A stretch of 56,764 nt of DNA, taken from the NCBI GenBank assembly GCA_964508295.1, contig CAZDSQ010000001.1, positions 1 through 56,764 on the forward strand, in the 5' to 3' direction. Both the position numbers and the translations under genes were made by a program. Positions 54,551 to 56,764 of the stretch are shown one piece after another (position 1 is the first letter of the stretch; each line of letters starts with the position of its first letter). Below the pieces are notes generated by a model, which did not search any database, had not been told where the DNA came from, and saw nothing but the letters and a program-made list of their open reading frames with translations. Source of the stretch: an uncultured Oscillospiraceae bacterium (GTDB lineage Bacteria; Bacillota; Clostridia; Oscillospirales; Ruminococcaceae).

Positions 54551-56050
54551 TTATTTTACGGAATTAACAAATTTCATAAATGCATCTCTTCCGTCTTCTG
54601 TGCATTTGTAAACTCCTGCACATTCCAAAACTTTTCCAAATACAATTCCAACTTCTTTTTCAATAATTTCATTAATATTATCTTTATTTAAATCGGAATA
54701 TTTTTGTTTGATTTCATCTACCCAATCGGCATGCTTCTCAAGTTCTGCATCAGCGCGAATATCGTCTCCATTGATTATAGCATCGCAGAGTCTTGAAAGT
54801 TCCCTTTCGAGCCTTGCAGGAAGAACGGCTAATCCCATAACCTCTATAAGACCGATATTTTCCTTCTTAATATGATGATATTGTGCGTGCGGATGATAAA
54901 CACCAAGCGGATGCTCTTCTGATGTGATATTGTTACGAAGAACTAAGTCCATCTCAAACATATCGGCATTTTTTCTTGCAATAGGAGTTATTGTGTTGTG
55001 AGGCGCACCATCGGTTTCGGCAAAAATAAAAGCTTCCTCGTCGGTATACCCTCTCCACTTTGTTAAAATTTTATCAGACAGTTCAATTATTCTATCGGTG
55101 TTTTTTCCACGCAATCTGATAACAGACATCGGCCACTTAACAATTCCTGCCTCAACATCATCAAAACCATCAAATTTAATGGTTTTTTCAATCGGAGCCT
55201 TTGCCATAGCAAAATCATATCTTCCGCCCTGGAAATGATCGTGGCTTAAAATAGAGCCGCCAACGATCGGTAAATCAGCATTTGAACCCAAGAAATAATG
55301 CGGGAAAAGCTTTACAAAGTCAAAAAGCTTAACAAACGTGGCCTTCTCTATTTTCATAGGAGTGTGCTCAAAGTTAAACACGATACAATGCTCATTATAA
55401 TAGACGTAGGGTGAATACTGAAGACCCCAAGCGCTCTGGTTTACTGTTATAGGAATGATCCTGTGATTTTGTCTTGCAGGAGAATCAACTCTACCAGCAT
55501 ATCCCTCGTTTTCGCGGCACAAAAGGCATTTGGGATATCCACTCTGCTTTGCATTTTTTGCAGCAGCGATTGCCTTGGGATCCTTTTCAGGTTTTGAAAG
55601 ATTTATTGTGATGTCTAAAGTGCCGAATTCTGTTTCGGTTGTCCATTTCCTATCCTTTTTAATTCTGTCAACGCGAATATAGTTACTGTTACGGCTTAAA
55701 TCATAATAAAATTCGGTTGCAGCCTTAGGGCTACTCTGATATAAAGTGTTAAATTCCTTTATAACCTCGCTCGGCCTAGGCATAACTGCGCCCATAATCT
55801 TTGTATCCAATAAATCGCGATAGACGATACTATCCTCTATTATCCCCTGCTCTATCGCATAATCGCAAATTCCGTTTAAAATTACACAGAGGTCAGCGTC
55901 TTCGCTTGCCTCATATGTATACTCATTTAAATTAAGAATTTCGATTATTCTGTTAACAGTGTAAGTTTTATCAAGCTCATTGATAAGCTTTTTATCAAGG
56001 GCATAGTTAACAAGAGCCGTAATTAACTGGTTTATGTTCATAAAATTCAC
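54551..56050 (-). CDS. galT: UDP-glucose--hexose-1-phosphate uridylyltransferase (type 2 GalT)
   Basis: 499 aa, Gram-positive long form. HDHFQGG active-site motif. Confidence 0.9.
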   Translation of the reverse strand: MNFMNINQLITALVNYALDKKLINELDKTYTVNRIIEILNLNEYTYEASEDADLCVILNGICDYAIEQGIIEDSIVYRDLLDTKIMGAVMPRPSEVIKEFNTLYQSSPKAATEFYYDLSRNSNYIRVDRIKKDRKWTTETEFGTLDITINLSKPEKDPKAIAAAKNAKQSGYPKCLLCRENEGYAGRVDSPARQNHRIIPITVNQSAWGLQYSPYVYYNEHCIVFNFEHTPMKIEKATFVKLFDFVKLFPHYFLGSNADLPIVGGSILSHDHFQGGRYDFAMAKAPIEKTIKFDGFDDVEAGIVKWPMSVIRLRGKNTDRIIELSDKILTKWRGYTDEEAFIFAETDGAPHNTITPIARKNADMFEMDLVLRNNITSEEHPLGVYHPHAQYHHIKKENIGLIEVMGLAVLPARLERELSRLCDAIINGDDIRADAELEKHADWVDEIKQKYSDLNKDNINEIIEKEVGIVFGKVLECAGVYKCTEDGRDAFMKFVNSVK

Positions 56051-56120
56051 TCCAAGATTTAATAAGAATAAGACAAAACAGCCTTAGCAAAATCTAAGGC
56101 TGTTTTTAATAGGTTTTGAG

Positions 56121-56537
56121 TTAGTCGTCCTGCTCCTGTTCGCAGCAATCACAATCGTCACAATCGCAATCACAGCAGTCGAGGTCAAACTCTAAAGTTT
56201 CACCGCAGTTGGGACACTGAAGCTCGCCATCATTAAGAATAGCATCATCAATATAAATGTCGTCACCGCAGTTGGGACAAGTAATTTTAATAAGCTCGTC
56301 CTCATCTTCTTCGTCGTCCTCATAAAAGTCTTCCTCTAACGACTCGAGATCCTCGTCGATTAAGTCTACCTGCTCGGTAACAACTGCGAGCTCATCATCA
56401 AGATCGGCAACTGTGAGTGCGATATCATCAACAAGGTCGATAAGTGCATTGATAAGCTTGGTTTCAGGTTTTGCTTCGTCAAGCGCAAGACCGCTTGCAA
56501 GACCCTTTAAATATGCCGCTTTTTCTGTTAAGGTCAT
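56121..56537 (-). CDS. Highly acidic zinc-ribbon protein with a Cys/Asp-rich tail (hypothetical)
   Basis: 138 aa. Helical acidic N-terminal half, CPNCG...CPNCG ribbon, and the terminal sequence DLDCCDCDCDDCDCCEQEQDD. Confidence 0.6.
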   Translation of the reverse strand: MTLTEKAAYLKGLASGLALDEAKPETKLINALIDLVDDIALTVADLDDELAVVTEQVDLIDEDLESLEEDFYEDDEEDEDELIKITCPNCGDDIYIDDAILNDGELQCPNCGETLEFDLDCCDCDCDDCDCCEQEQDD

Positions 56538-56569
56538 TTAAAATGCCCCCTTTATATTTTTTGAAAAGG

Positions 56570-56764
56570 TTATGCTCTTTCCATGTATTCTCCGGTTCTG
56601 GTATCAATTCTGATGATATCACCTTCATCAATAAAGAGAGGAACGCGGATTTCCGCACCGGTTTCAAGAGTTGCGGGTTTACTTGCATTAGTAGCTGTGT
56701 CGCCCTTGAATCCTGGATCGGTCTGAGTTACCTCGAGCTCTACAAAGAACGGGGGCTCAACGCC
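56570..56764 (-). CDS. efp: Elongation factor P, C-terminal part (5' end lies outside the window)
   Basis: The reverse-strand translation reads [64 protein letters not shown]. It is absent from the ORF track because no start codon lies in the window. Confidence 0.85.
   Translation of the reverse strand, partial: GVEPPFFVELEVTQTDPGFKGDTATNASKPATLETGAEIRVPLFIDEGDIIRIDTRTGEYMERA

Noticed and set aside
56479-56688. A 69-aa minus-strand ORF from the track, spanning the end of efp and the start of the acidic protein gene.
   Set aside because: It is in the wrong frame. The efp C-terminus (56570-56764) and the acidic protein (56121-56537) account for this DNA.

Overview
This window looks like chromosomal DNA from a low-GC, endospore-forming Firmicute, probably class Clostridia (inferred from gene content and RBS style). 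About 51 kb is housekeeping and sporulation backbone. It contains hom-lysC, prmA, hflX, nadB-nadC, a DnaD-domain/DnaI-like pair and spoIIM-xerD. It also contains PBP1A and a complete spoIIIAA-AH operon. That operon is followed by the Bacillus-like syntenic block asp23-nusB-xseAB-ispA-dxs-tlyA-nadK-argR-recN. Next come secG, srtB, hprK, glcK, murB, rapZ, whiA, dnaE and pfkA. On the opposite strand follow cdaA-cdaR, a cysteine desulfurase/DUF3343 pair, galT and efp. The clear accessory element is a ~4.97-kb block at 49489-54477 that I interpret as an integrated filamentous (inovirus-like) ssDNA prophage. It carries a Zot/pI-like assembly ATPase and a Rep_trans-type rolling-circle initiator. It also has a gV-position small protein, two tandem paralogous coat-like peptides, a pIII-like secreted protein and a chain of overlapping hydrophobic micro-ORFs. 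It is bounded by a 15-nt perfect (22/23-nt imperfect) direct repeat and encodes no integrase. The repeat lies inside rep, so excision would rebuild a longer Rep. On the host side the repeat abuts an 11-mer resembling the XerD arm of dif. A second unexplained signal is an array of exact XerD-half-site-like 12-mers upstream of spoIIM-xerD. No rRNA, tRNA or CRISPR was recognised. All calls come from reading the translations and sequence by eye; no database search was run.
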